From: Burkholderiales bacterium
GTDB taxonomy: Bacteria; Pseudomonadota; Gammaproteobacteria; Burkholderiales; JALYOK01
DNA length: 64,000 nt
Direction: 5' to 3'
NCBI GenBank assembly: GCA_046598945.1
Contig: JBKJHT010000033.1
Span: 10,008 to 74,007, forward strand
Shown here: in pieces, positions 10,984-20,141 of the stretch
Numbering within the stretch: position 1 is the first letter of the stretch
How the letters are laid out: every line of letters begins with the position of its first letter
Program-made: the position numbers and the translations under genes
Notes under the pieces: model-generated
The model's database searches: none
What the model was told of the DNA's origin: nothing
The model's input: the letters and a program-made list of their open reading frames with translations, nothing else

Positions 10984-12264
10984 ATGGGTAACCAAATACT
11001 TGTCGTCGACGATGAAGTCGGCATCCGTGAGTTGTTGTCGGAGATCTTGGTCGACGAGGGCTATGAGGTAAAGCTAGCGGAAAACGCCACGGCGGCGCGC
11101 GCCTTGCGGCGCGTAGCGCGTCCCGATCTGGTGCTGCTGGATATTTGGATGCCCGATACCGACGGCATCAGCCTACTCAAAGAATGGTCGGCGGCGGGTT
11201 TGTTGACCATGCCGGTGGTGATGATGTCGGGCCACGGCACCATCGATACGGCGGTCGAGGCGACGCGCGTCGGCGCCTTCGATTTTCTCGAAAAACCCAT
11301 CGCCCTGCCCAAGCTGCTCGCCGCCGTGGAACGCGCCTTGTTGCGCGGCCAAGGTTTCGCGCGCACCGGCATGGAGCTCGGCAACCTCGGCAAATCGCAA
11401 ATCATATTGGATCTGAAAAAACGCTTGGAACAAATCGCCAATCGCAAATTTCCCGTGTTGCTGGTCGGCGAAAAAGGCTGCGGCGTCGAGATTTGCGCGC
11501 GCTATTTGCAGCAGTCGAACGCCGCTTGGTCAGCGCCGGATAACACGACGTGGTTGACGGAAAATCCATTTGCCATTTTGAACGACGTCCGCGACGGCAT
11601 TTTGTTTCTGCAGGAAGTCGCCGAATTGACGCGCGGCGAACAACGGGGCCTGCAGCATCTCATCGGCAAGATCGACAAAAACAATGTGCGCCTGGTCTGC
11701 GCAACATCCAAACCGTTGCCCGGCTTGGTGCAGCAAGATAAATTCGATGGCGACCTGGCCGCGAAATTGAGCATCATTACCGTGCCCGTGCCGGCGCTGC
11801 GTGAGCATGCGGACGATATTATCGACATCGCCAGCATGATGCTGGCGCAGTTGGTCGAGGCGAAAGATGTGCCGCTGTGCCATTTTTCCAGCGGCGCGTT
11901 GAACGCTTTGCGCAATCTGGAATGGCCCGGCAATTTGCCCGCCCTCGCCAATGCGGTCAAGACCTTGGCGTTGACCGGACTCGCGCCAGAAATCGGCGCC
12001 GAGGATGTCGCGCGCATTGCGCCACAGTTCTCGCCGACGGAAACGCCGGCGCAAATGCTGGCCCAGGCGCTGCCGCTGGACTTACCCTTGCGCGAGGCGC
12101 GCGACGTGTTCGAAAAAATTTATTTCGAGCATCACATCCGGCTCGAGAATGGCAATATGTCCCGGGTCGCGGATAAAGTCGGGTTGGAGCGTACCCACTT
12201 GTATCGCAAGCTCAAGCAACTCGGCATTCGACCAAGCCATCAAAATCGAATTGAAGAAGTATAG
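10984..12264 (+). CDS. ntrX: NtrX-like response regulator (REC, degenerate AAA+, Fis-type HTH)
   Basis: The REC domain has DLVLLDIWMPDTDG. The central domain has GEKGCGVE in place of GESGTGKE and LFLQEV in place of LFLDEI, with no GAFTGA. C-terminal HTH: NMSRVADKVGLERTHLYRKLKQLGI. Confidence 0.85.
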   Translation: MGNQILVVDDEVGIRELLSEILVDEGYEVKLAENATAARALRRVARPDLVLLDIWMPDTDGISLLKEWSAAGLLTMPVVMMSGHGTIDTAVEATRVGAFDFLEKPIALPKLLAAVERALLRGQGFARTGMELGNLGKSQIILDLKKRLEQIANRKFPVLLVGEKGCGVEICARYLQQSNAAWSAPDNTTWLTENPFAILNDVRDGILFLQEVAELTRGEQRGLQHLIGKIDKNNVRLVCATSKPLPGLVQQDKFDGDLAAKLSIITVPVPALREHADDIIDIASMMLAQLVEAKDVPLCHFSSGALNALRNLEWPGNLPALANAVKTLALTGLAPEIGAEDVARIAPQFSPTETPAQMLAQALPLDLPLREARDVFEKIYFEHHIRLENGNMSRVADKVGLERTHLYRKLKQLGIRPSHQNRIEEV

Positions 12265-12277
12265 ATTGACCACCCTT

Positions 12278-12332
12278 CCACGAGGCGCACGGAGCTTGCT
12301 TCGTGGCGCAATGCATCTGGAGAGCCGCATGG
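12278..12332 (+). repeat. REP-like intergenic repeat copy with internal hairpin
   Basis: CCACGAGGCGCACGGAGCTTGCTTCGTGGCGCAATGCATCTGGAGAGCCGCATGG, located 3' of ntrX. Confidence 0.55.
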
Positions 12333-12441
12333 CCATTGGCTTTACAGGCATGATTCTAAAACACGCCGGATAACCCCAATCTTGCCCACCCACCTGCTTC
12401 GCCGCGTTCGCAATTTTTGTTTCGGCCCACCGCGCGATCCG

Positions 12442-14355
12442 ATGAATCCGGAGACGCGCCGCCACATCGCGTTGATCGCTTTCTTCGCCTGGATCGGACT
12501 GGGTGCGGACGGCCTGTCGTCCGCCGCCTACGGCCCCGAACTCGGCTTTCTTGCACTCGGCGGTCACGCGCATTTCGGGCTTTACTTGGCACTGGCCACG
12601 GCGGTGACGGTATTCATTATTTCGCTCGCCTACAACCAAGTCATCGAGTTGTTCCCCAGCGGCGGCGGCGGTTACAAAGTCGCGACGCAACTGATCGGAC
12701 CGAAGGCCGGCTTAGTGTCCGGCGCCGCATTGATCGTCGACTACGTGCTGACGATTTCCATCTCAATCGCCAGTGCCGCGGATCAATTGTTCAGCCTGCT
12801 GCCGCTCGGCGCGCAACATTTGAAACTCGCCTTCGGTTTCGTATTGATCGTAGCGCTAATCGTATTGAATTTGCGTGGACTAAAAGAAGCGATCAAGGTT
12901 TTGCTGCCGATTTTTCTGGGCTTCGTGATTATTCATATCGTTTTGATCGTGTATGGTATTGCCGCGCGCTCCGAGCGCCTGCCTGGGTTGTTGCCGGCCA
13001 CCTGGGACGAAACGCTTTCGGTGAAAGCCGAAACCGGCTGGTTCTTCGTCGTCTCGACGCTGTTGCTCGCCTATTCCCAGGGCGGTGGCACTTACACCGG
13101 GTTGGAAGCCGTATCGAACAACGTCAACACCTTGGCCGAGCCGCGCGTGCAAACCGGCAAATGGACGATGTTTTACATGGCGTCGTCGCTCGCATTCACC
13201 GCCACCGGGATTTTGTTGCTGTATTTGCTGTGGGACGCAAAGCCGGTCGAGGGTGAGACGCTGAACGCGGTCGTGTTCCGCTCGATTTTCGACAGCTGGA
13301 ACCTCGGCGGTATCTCATGGACGACCTTCATGCTGCCCATCGCGATGTTTTTCACCGCCGGCCTGTTATTCGTCGCCGCAAACACCGGCTTCCTTGGCGG
13401 CCCCGCAGTGCTGGCGAACATGTCCATGGATCAGTGGGTGCCGAATCAATTCGGTTCGCTGTCAAGCCGCCTGGTCACGAAAAACGGCGTGATCTTGATG
13501 GGCGTCGCCGCGCTCGCGGTCTTGGTCTGGAGCGGCGGCGAAGTGGAATTGCTGGCGGTGCTTTACAGCATAAACGTATTTTTGACGTTTTCGCTGTCGC
13601 TGTTAGGCTTATGTATCTACTGGCTGCGCGAGCGAAAGCGCGCACACCATTGGCGGCGGCGTCTCGCTCTATCGGCGATCGGTTTCGCGGTGACCGGCAG
13701 TATTTTGGTAGTGCTGTTGGTCGAAAAATTCTCCCACGGCGCCTGGGAAACGGTGTTGATAACCGGCGCGGTCGTTGTGGTTTGCCTATTGATCCGCAAA
13801 CACTACAACGAAACCCGCGCGCAACTGAAAAAAGTCGAAGAAATTTTTACCGGCCAAAGCTACGAAAAATTGGAAACGCCGCCAGCGCTCGATGCCGACG
13901 CGCCGACGGCGATCTTCATGGTTAGCCGCAATCGCGGCGCCGGCATGCATACCTTGCTTTGGGTGCAGCGCTTGTTTCCCGGCAACTTTAAGAATTTCAT
14001 TTTTCTTGGCGTCGGCGCCGTGGATACGGCGAGTTATTCGGCCGAAGGTGAAATCGAACGCTTGCAAAACGAAGTGGAAAAAACTCTCGATTACTTTGTC
14101 AATTTTTGTCATCACCACGGCATTGCCGCCAAAGCCTATTCAAGCTACGGCACCGATCGTGTCGATGAATTGACTAAACTGGTTGACCAAGTCTCGGTTG
14201 AGTTTCCCAACTCGGTTTTTTTCGCCAGCAAGCTCATTTTCGTTCACGATAATTGGCTCACCCGCTGGCTGCACAATCAAACCTCCCTGACCATGCAGCG
14301 CATTCTGCATTTGCGCGGCCAGCAGATGGTGATCTTGCCGATGAAGATCGGCTAA
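12442..14355 (+). CDS. APC-superfamily permease with a ~190-aa cytoplasmic C-terminal domain (KimA-like architecture)
   Basis: Start at ATG 12442 (MNPETRRHIALIAFFAWIGLGADGLSS). About 12 TM segments are followed by a soluble tail. Confidence 0.8.
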   Translation: MNPETRRHIALIAFFAWIGLGADGLSSAAYGPELGFLALGGHAHFGLYLALATAVTVFIISLAYNQVIELFPSGGGGYKVATQLIGPKAGLVSGAALIVDYVLTISISIASAADQLFSLLPLGAQHLKLAFGFVLIVALIVLNLRGLKEAIKVLLPIFLGFVIIHIVLIVYGIAARSERLPGLLPATWDETLSVKAETGWFFVVSTLLLAYSQGGGTYTGLEAVSNNVNTLAEPRVQTGKWTMFYMASSLAFTATGILLLYLLWDAKPVEGETLNAVVFRSIFDSWNLGGISWTTFMLPIAMFFTAGLLFVAANTGFLGGPAVLANMSMDQWVPNQFGSLSSRLVTKNGVILMGVAALAVLVWSGGEVELLAVLYSINVFLTFSLSLLGLCIYWLRERKRAHHWRRRLALSAIGFAVTGSILVVLLVEKFSHGAWETVLITGAVVVVCLLIRKHYNETRAQLKKVEEIFTGQSYEKLETPPALDADAPTAIFMVSRNRGAGMHTLLWVQRLFPGNFKNFIFLGVGAVDTASYSAEGEIERLQNEVEKTLDYFVNFCHHHGIAAKAYSSYGTDRVDELTKLVDQVSVEFPNSVFFASKLIFVHDNWLTRWLHNQTSLTMQRILHLRGQQMVILPMKIG

Positions 14356-14359
14356 TCTA

Positions 14360-15229
14360 GTGGAGATCAACGTGTCTACGCCCAATTTACCCGCAGTAAA
14401 CGCCACGATCACCTACATCGCGCCGAGCGATGCGCCGGCGCGCGTTCGCGTTTATCCGCTGAGCAGCGGCATCCAAACTACGCGGCCGGCAGCGACACAA
14501 CATACGGTCGCAATCCGCGACGCCAGACCGATCGCCGCGTCGCTGCGGCTCGACGAGCAGGGCTTCGCGTTGCATGTGTCGCCGTCAAAGTTTACCGATT
14601 TTTATAACGACGCCGCGGTGCGCGAGCGCTATTACCCGGAAGTGAGCGGCGCGGTGCGTGCGCTGACCGGCGCAATGGAAGTATTCGTGTTCGACCATAA
14701 CGTGCGCAGCGCGGTGCGCGCCGCGCGCGGCGAAGCGGGGGTTCGCGTTCCGGTTGATCAGGTGCACAACGACTATACGGAAGAATCGGGACCGCGGCGC
14801 AAAGATGAAGTGCTCGACGCGGCCGGGCGCCCCGATCTTGCCGATCGCCGCGTTGCATTTGTGAATCTGTGGCGACCGATCATCGGCCCGGTGCAAGATA
14901 ATCCGCTGGCCGTGTGCGACGCGCGCAGTGTCGCCCCGGATGATTTGGTCACAACGGATATTCACCACTTCGGCGAGGATGACCTCACGACACCACGGCA
15001 TCGCGGACAAATCTATTCGGTGCGGCACAACCCGGCGCACCAATGGTTCTTCGTGTCGGATATGCGCCCGGACGAAGTGTTGTTGTTGAAGTGCTACGAT
15101 TCGCAAAACGATGGCCGCGCGCGCTTCATGCCCCACACCGGCTTTTTGAATCCGGCCTGCCCGGAAAAATTCACCCCAAGAGAAAGTATCGAAGCGCGAA
15201 CGCTAGTGGTGTTCAACGAGAAAGCGTAA
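14360..15229 (+). CDS. CmcJ/NvfI-like oxidoreductase family protein
   Basis: 289 aa. The pattern ...DEQGFAL...FYNDAAVRERYYPEV...VHNDYTEESGPRR...NLWRPI... is recalled from the CmcJ/AsaB-like family. This assignment rests on memory only. Confidence 0.6.
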   Translation: MEINVSTPNLPAVNATITYIAPSDAPARVRVYPLSSGIQTTRPAATQHTVAIRDARPIAASLRLDEQGFALHVSPSKFTDFYNDAAVRERYYPEVSGAVRALTGAMEVFVFDHNVRSAVRAARGEAGVRVPVDQVHNDYTEESGPRRKDEVLDAAGRPDLADRRVAFVNLWRPIIGPVQDNPLAVCDARSVAPDDLVTTDIHHFGEDDLTTPRHRGQIYSVRHNPAHQWFFVSDMRPDEVLLLKCYDSQNDGRARFMPHTGFLNPACPEKFTPRESIEARTLVVFNEKA

Positions 15230-15317
15230 CGTTCAAACCTCTCCCGCGCACTCGAATCCTTCTCGAAGACTGCCCGGAGAGCCGCTCCCATAGCCGCTCC
15301 CAGGTCAATCATTAATA

Positions 15318-16856
15318 ATGAATTTACTTAAAACACTGGCACAAGTTAGCAGCATGACATTGCTTTCGCGCATCCTCGGTTTTGTGCGCGACACGGTGAT
15401 TGCGCGTGGCTTTGGCGCGGGCATGGCGACTGACGCGTTTTTTGTGGCGTTTCGTATTCCCAATTTATTGCGGCGATTGTTCGCCGAGGGCGCATTTTCG
15501 CAAGCGTTCGTGCCGGTCCTGGCCGAGTACAAAAATCAAAAGGGCTTCGACGCCACCCAAGATTTAATCGACCACGTTGCCAGCGCGTTGGCCCTCGTGC
15601 TATTTATCGTCACGCTCCTCGGCATCGTCATTGCGCCAGTGATTATTTACGTCAGCGCGCCGGGATTCGCCGCGCACCCGGACAAGTTTCAGGTTACGGT
15701 TGAATTGTTGCGCATTACCTTTCCCTACATTCTGTTCATTTCATTGGTGGCCTTTTCCGGCGCGATTCTTAATACCCACAGCAAATTTTCCGTGCCGGCC
15801 TTCACCCCGGTATTGCTAAATATCTCGTTCATTTTTTTCGCGCTGGTGGTTGCGCCCCACCTCGCGTCACCGGTTAAAGCACTGGCTTGGGGCGCGTTTT
15901 TCGGCGGCCTGTTGCAGCTCGTTTTCCAGATTCCTTTTTTGCTCAAACTAAAACTATTGCCGCGTTGGCGCCTGAATCTAAAAGACCCCGGCATGCGGCG
16001 CATTTTGAAATTGATGGGGCCAGCGGTTTTCGGCGTTTCCATCGGCCAAATCAGTCTCCTGATCAGCACCATCTTCGCCTCGTTTTTGGTCACCGGCAGT
16101 GTCTCCTGGCTGTTCTATGCCGACCGCCTGATGGAATTTCCAACCGGCCTGCTCGGCGTGGGACTGGGCACCATCTTGCTCCCGAGCCTGGCGAAGCACT
16201 TTCAGACTAAAAATTTTGCCGAATATTCCAAGCTACTCGATTGGGGACTGCGCCTGACTTTTCTCCTCGCCTTGCCCGCCGCGCTCGCCCTCGCGTTGCT
16301 GGCCATGCCGCTGGTGACGACTTTATTTCACTACGGCCAATTCAGCGTTAACGATGCCTGGATGACGCGTAACGCAGTCATGGCCTACAGCATCGGTCTG
16401 ACGGGGCTGATTCTGGTCAAAATTCTCGCGCCGGGTTTTTACGCGCAGCAAAACATCAAGACGCCGGTCAAGATCGGCCTCATCACCCTCGGCGTAACCC
16501 AGGCGCTGAATCTGATTCTCCTGGCGCCGCTACAACACGTCGGCTTGGCATTGGCGACCGGATTGGGCGCGTGCTTTAACGCCGCGTTTCTATTTTACAA
16601 ATTGCGCCAATACGACATGTACCGTCCCCAGGCAGGCTGGTACGCGTTCTTTGCCAAGTTGGCGTGCGCGCTTGCGGCCATGGGGCTGGTATTGTGGTGG
16701 ATGGCGGGCGATCCACAGGAATGGTTAAAGGCATCGGCCGTCACGAAGGTCACGCGGCTTTCTCTGCTGGTGACACTTGGTATTGCGGTGTACTTCGCGA
16801 CGCTCGCATTACTCGGTTTTCGGCTGCGACATTTCTCGCGGCGCAGCGCCAACTAA
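15318..16856 (+). CDS. murJ: lipid II flippase MurJ (MviN)
   Basis: 512 aa. MNLLKTLAQVSSMTLLSRILGFVRDTVIARGFGAGMATDAFFVAFRIPNLLRRLFAEGAFSQAFVP is a textbook MurJ N-terminus. Confidence 0.95.
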   Translation: MNLLKTLAQVSSMTLLSRILGFVRDTVIARGFGAGMATDAFFVAFRIPNLLRRLFAEGAFSQAFVPVLAEYKNQKGFDATQDLIDHVASALALVLFIVTLLGIVIAPVIIYVSAPGFAAHPDKFQVTVELLRITFPYILFISLVAFSGAILNTHSKFSVPAFTPVLLNISFIFFALVVAPHLASPVKALAWGAFFGGLLQLVFQIPFLLKLKLLPRWRLNLKDPGMRRILKLMGPAVFGVSIGQISLLISTIFASFLVTGSVSWLFYADRLMEFPTGLLGVGLGTILLPSLAKHFQTKNFAEYSKLLDWGLRLTFLLALPAALALALLAMPLVTTLFHYGQFSVNDAWMTRNAVMAYSIGLTGLILVKILAPGFYAQQNIKTPVKIGLITLGVTQALNLILLAPLQHVGLALATGLGACFNAAFLFYKLRQYDMYRPQAGWYAFFAKLACALAAMGLVLWWMAGDPQEWLKASAVTKVTRLSLLVTLGIAVYFATLALLGFRLRHFSRRSAN

Positions 16857-16934
16857 CAGCTCGACGCCACCCAATCCTATACAATTACAGGTTGGGGCGA
16901 ATCGACATCGCCGCCGGAACACTAAGGACGCGCT

Positions 16935-19016
16935 ATGCCCAATAAACGGCACCCTATGTCAATCGCTGCCCGGGTTTCCCTGGTCAGTCTCCTGTGCATC
17001 GTTCTCATTCTATCCGCGCTCACCTTTTACGTCGCGAGTGTCTCGAAAAAGGCGTTGCTAGCCCTGCAAGTTAAGGCGCTTGACGTTCAAACTAAGATGG
17101 TCAGCGACATGATCAACGTCTACGGCCAAAGCCTAAATCGGCCGACGTTGAATTTGCTCGGCGTGTTTCGCGCCACGCTGCCCGCAGGCTACACGACCGG
17201 AAGTAAGAAGATTCGCACGGGTGAAGTCGATCTTCCGGTATTGCTCGTCGGCGACGAGGAGTTGAACAACGATACGTACCTTGTAGATCGCTTTCAAACC
17301 CTCACCTCGGCGATCGGTACGGTGTTCGTGAAAAGCGACGATGATTTTTTTCGCGTCAGCACTTCATTGACCGACGCGAAGAATCAACGCGCGGTCGGCA
17401 CCGTGCTGAAAAGGGACAATCCAGCTTATGCCGCTTTGCTGCGCAGTGAGGGTTACGTCGGACCCGTGACTCTGTTCGGCAAAAGCTACATGAGCGCGTA
17501 CGAGCCGATCCGCGACGATAAACAACAGATCATCGGCGCGCTGTTCGTGGGTATGGATTTCGACAAGGAGATGCGGGCACTGAAGCAGAAAATCGCCAGC
17601 ATCAAGTTCGGCGAAACCGGTTATTTCATCGTCGTCGATGCGACACCCGGCGCGAACTACGGCAAAATCCTGATTCACCCCACTCTAGAAGGGAAAAATG
17701 GTCTCGGCACCCGTGATGCGGATGGCAATTTCTTAATCAAGGAGTTGTTGGAACAAAAATCAGGGACGCGGCGTTATTTTTGGATCGACAAGGAGATCGG
17801 CGAGACTGTGCCACGGGAGAAATTGGGCGCATTCGCCACGGACGAGAATTGGCATTGGCTGATTTTCGGTAGCAGCTATTTGGAAGAATTCACTCACGAC
17901 GCCCGTTTGTTGGCGAAGAGCTTGGCGTTTGCCACGCTGTTGAGCGGATTACTATTGGCGGGCTTGCTGTATTACTTGTTATCGCGTCAGATCGGCGCGC
18001 CGCTGAATCGCGCCGTCAGGATCGCCGAGGGCGTCGCGGCCGGTAATCTGACGCAGAAAATCGAAGTCGTTCGCAATGACGAAACCGGTAAGCTGCTGGG
18101 CTCGCTGCAGACCATGAGCGATAACCTGGCGCGCATCGCGCGCACCGTCCATGAGCGCGCCCGGACGATAGGCGAGGCGGCGCGACAAATCAGCATGGGC
18201 AATTTGGACATATCCCAGCGCACCGAAGAACAAGCCTCGACGCTGGAAGAAACTGCTGCGGGTGTGGAATCGGTGAACGCCACGGCGCGGGAGAATGCCA
18301 AAACCGCGGAGCAGGTGAGCAAACTCGCTAACCACGCAGTTGCGACCGCGACGGACAATGCTGCGGCCATGACGCGTCTGGGCGAGGTGATGAAGGCAAT
18401 GCACGCAAGCTCGAAACAGATCAGCGAGATTGTCGGCGTCATCGATGGTCTGGCTTTCCAGACCAACATTCTCGCCTTGAACGCAGCGGTCGAAGCGGCG
18501 CGCGCCGGCGAACAGGGTCGCGGCTTCGCGGTGGTGGCCAGTGAAGTGCGCAGCCTTGCCCAGCGCAGCAGTCAGTCCGCCAAGGACATCCGCGCCATCA
18601 TCGCCCAATCGACGGCGAGCATGGAAAGCGGCACTCGCCTTGCGGAAGAGGTCGCAAAATCGAGCGAACAGACACAGAAAAGTATCCAGGTCGTGACCCA
18701 ACTCATGAGCCAGATTACCGATGGTTCGCGCGATCAAAGCAACAGCATCGAGCAGATCAATCAAGCCATGGGCCAGCTTGACGACGTGACCCAGCAAAAT
18801 GCCGCCTTGGTTGAGGAAGCCACGGCCGCTACCCAGTCGCTGGAGGAGCAGTCCTATCACCTGCTCGAAGCGGTGAAGTTGTTCAAGATCGACGCCATGG
18901 AAAGTGATGCAAAATACGACGCTGATATGCCGTTGCTCGCCGGGGATACCGCGCGTGTCCAGGGTTTCGGCCGCATCGCAACGCCATCCGAAACAAAACG
19001 GCTGCGCCGCAATTAA
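16935..19016 (+). CDS. methyl-accepting chemotaxis protein with periplasmic Cache-type sensor
   Basis: 693 aa. Two TM segments flank a ~300-aa periplasmic domain, followed by HAMP. Signalling hairpin [32 protein letters not shown]. Confidence 0.9.
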   Translation: MPNKRHPMSIAARVSLVSLLCIVLILSALTFYVASVSKKALLALQVKALDVQTKMVSDMINVYGQSLNRPTLNLLGVFRATLPAGYTTGSKKIRTGEVDLPVLLVGDEELNNDTYLVDRFQTLTSAIGTVFVKSDDDFFRVSTSLTDAKNQRAVGTVLKRDNPAYAALLRSEGYVGPVTLFGKSYMSAYEPIRDDKQQIIGALFVGMDFDKEMRALKQKIASIKFGETGYFIVVDATPGANYGKILIHPTLEGKNGLGTRDADGNFLIKELLEQKSGTRRYFWIDKEIGETVPREKLGAFATDENWHWLIFGSSYLEEFTHDARLLAKSLAFATLLSGLLLAGLLYYLLSRQIGAPLNRAVRIAEGVAAGNLTQKIEVVRNDETGKLLGSLQTMSDNLARIARTVHERARTIGEAARQISMGNLDISQRTEEQASTLEETAAGVESVNATARENAKTAEQVSKLANHAVATATDNAAAMTRLGEVMKAMHASSKQISEIVGVIDGLAFQTNILALNAAVEAARAGEQGRGFAVVASEVRSLAQRSSQSAKDIRAIIAQSTASMESGTRLAEEVAKSSEQTQKSIQVVTQLMSQITDGSRDQSNSIEQINQAMGQLDDVTQQNAALVEEATAATQSLEEQSYHLLEAVKLFKIDAMESDAKYDADMPLLAGDTARVQGFGRIATPSETKRLRRN

Positions 19017-19035
19017 AATTGATGCCCTGCCGAAA

Positions 19036-19086
19036 GCCGCATGGATACTGGGCCACAGCAATGCATCCTTTGAGAGCCGCGCCACG
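19036..19086 (+). repeat. REP-like intergenic repeat copy
   Basis: GCCGCATGGATACTGGGCCACAGCAATGCATCCTTTGAGAGCCGCGCCACGG, located 3' of the MCP gene. Confidence 0.5.
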
Positions 19087-19211
19087 GCTTTATCTCAGGT
19101 CAATGCCTAACAATTAATCAAACTACAACGCGTTCTAGACGACGGCGCAAGCACCCGTCGTCGTGCAAAGCACTATGAAATAAGCTAGCATACGGGCTTT
19201 CCCCAGCACTC

Positions 19212-20141
19212 ATGCAGGTCTTTCGCGGCACGCGGGGCGCGCTCGGCGTACCCGTCGCACTCACCATCGGCAATTTCGACGGCGTTCATCTTGGCCACCA
19301 AGCCATGCTCGCGCGCTTATGCGAAGCCGCGCGCCAGTTGGCCTTGCCGGCGGCGGTGCTGACGTTCGAACCGCAGCCGCGCGAATTCTTTTCACCCGGC
19401 AGCGCGCCCGCTCGTCTGACAACGTTGCGTGAAAAACTCGAATGCCTCGCGAACTACGGTGTGGACCACGCCCATGTCATCCGCTTCGACCGTAAATTTG
19501 CAGCGCTGTCCCCCGACGCGTTCGTCGCTCGGCTTCTGCTGGAAAAATTAAACGTGCGCTGGCTGTTGGTCGGCGACGATTTTCGCTACGGCGCGCGGCG
19601 CGGTGGCGATTATGCTCAGTTAGCGCAAGCCGCCGAGCAATATGGATTTCGACTCGAAGCGATGCATAGCGTGAATGTCGCCGGGGAACGGGTGTCCAGC
19701 ACCGGCGTGCGCGAGGCATTGGCACGCGGCGATTTCGCCCACGCGCAACGCCTGCTCGGCCGCCCCTACACCATCGAGGGGCGTGTCGCCCACGGCGAAA
19801 AATTAGGACGCCGACTCGGTTTTCCGACGGCGAACATTCATTTGCAAAGAAATCGCACCCCGTTCACCGGAATCTATGCGGTAAAATTGCATGGAATCGA
19901 ATCGATGCCATTGCCCGCCGTGGCGAGCCTTGGCGTGCGGCCCACGGTAATGGCCGATGCTGTGCCCGTGCTGGAAGTTCATATTTTGGATTTCAGCGCG
20001 GACATTTATGGCCGACGCGTACGCGTCGAATTTTTGCACAAACTCCGCGACGAAGAAAAATATCCCGACCTGGAAACATTGCGCCAACAAATCGAGCGCG
20101 ATGTGGAACACGCAAGACAATATCTCAAAAGCGATGTATGA
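19212..20141 (+). CDS. ribF: bifunctional riboflavin kinase / FAD synthetase
   Basis: 309 aa. Contains [16 protein letters not shown]...GFPTANI. The stop overlaps the ileS start (ATGA). Confidence 0.95.
   Translation: MQVFRGTRGALGVPVALTIGNFDGVHLGHQAMLARLCEAARQLALPAAVLTFEPQPREFFSPGSAPARLTTLREKLECLANYGVDHAHVIRFDRKFAALSPDAFVARLLLEKLNVRWLLVGDDFRYGARRGGDYAQLAQAAEQYGFRLEAMHSVNVAGERVSSTGVREALARGDFAHAQRLLGRPYTIEGRVAHGEKLGRRLGFPTANIHLQRNRTPFTGIYAVKLHGIESMPLPAVASLGVRPTVMADAVPVLEVHILDFSADIYGRRVRVEFLHKLRDEEKYPDLETLRQQIERDVEHARQYLKSDV

Noticed and set aside
15280-15302. Tandem AGCCGCTCCCA-T-AGCCGCTCCCA upstream of murJ
   Set aside because: There are only two units of 11 nt with no further copies seen. 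It is most likely a small duplication without demonstrable function.
17979-19085. 368-aa minus-strand ORF
   Set aside because: It is antisense to the conserved signalling domain of the MCP gene. It is an Arg/Ala/Gly-rich shadow ORF with no SD or independent evidence.
19138-19162. GACGACGG-N9-CCGTCGTC hairpin upstream of ribF
   Set aside because: It has no T-run and lies about 120 nt from the MCP stop. It could be a weak terminator or a chance GC hairpin, and the evidence is insufficient.
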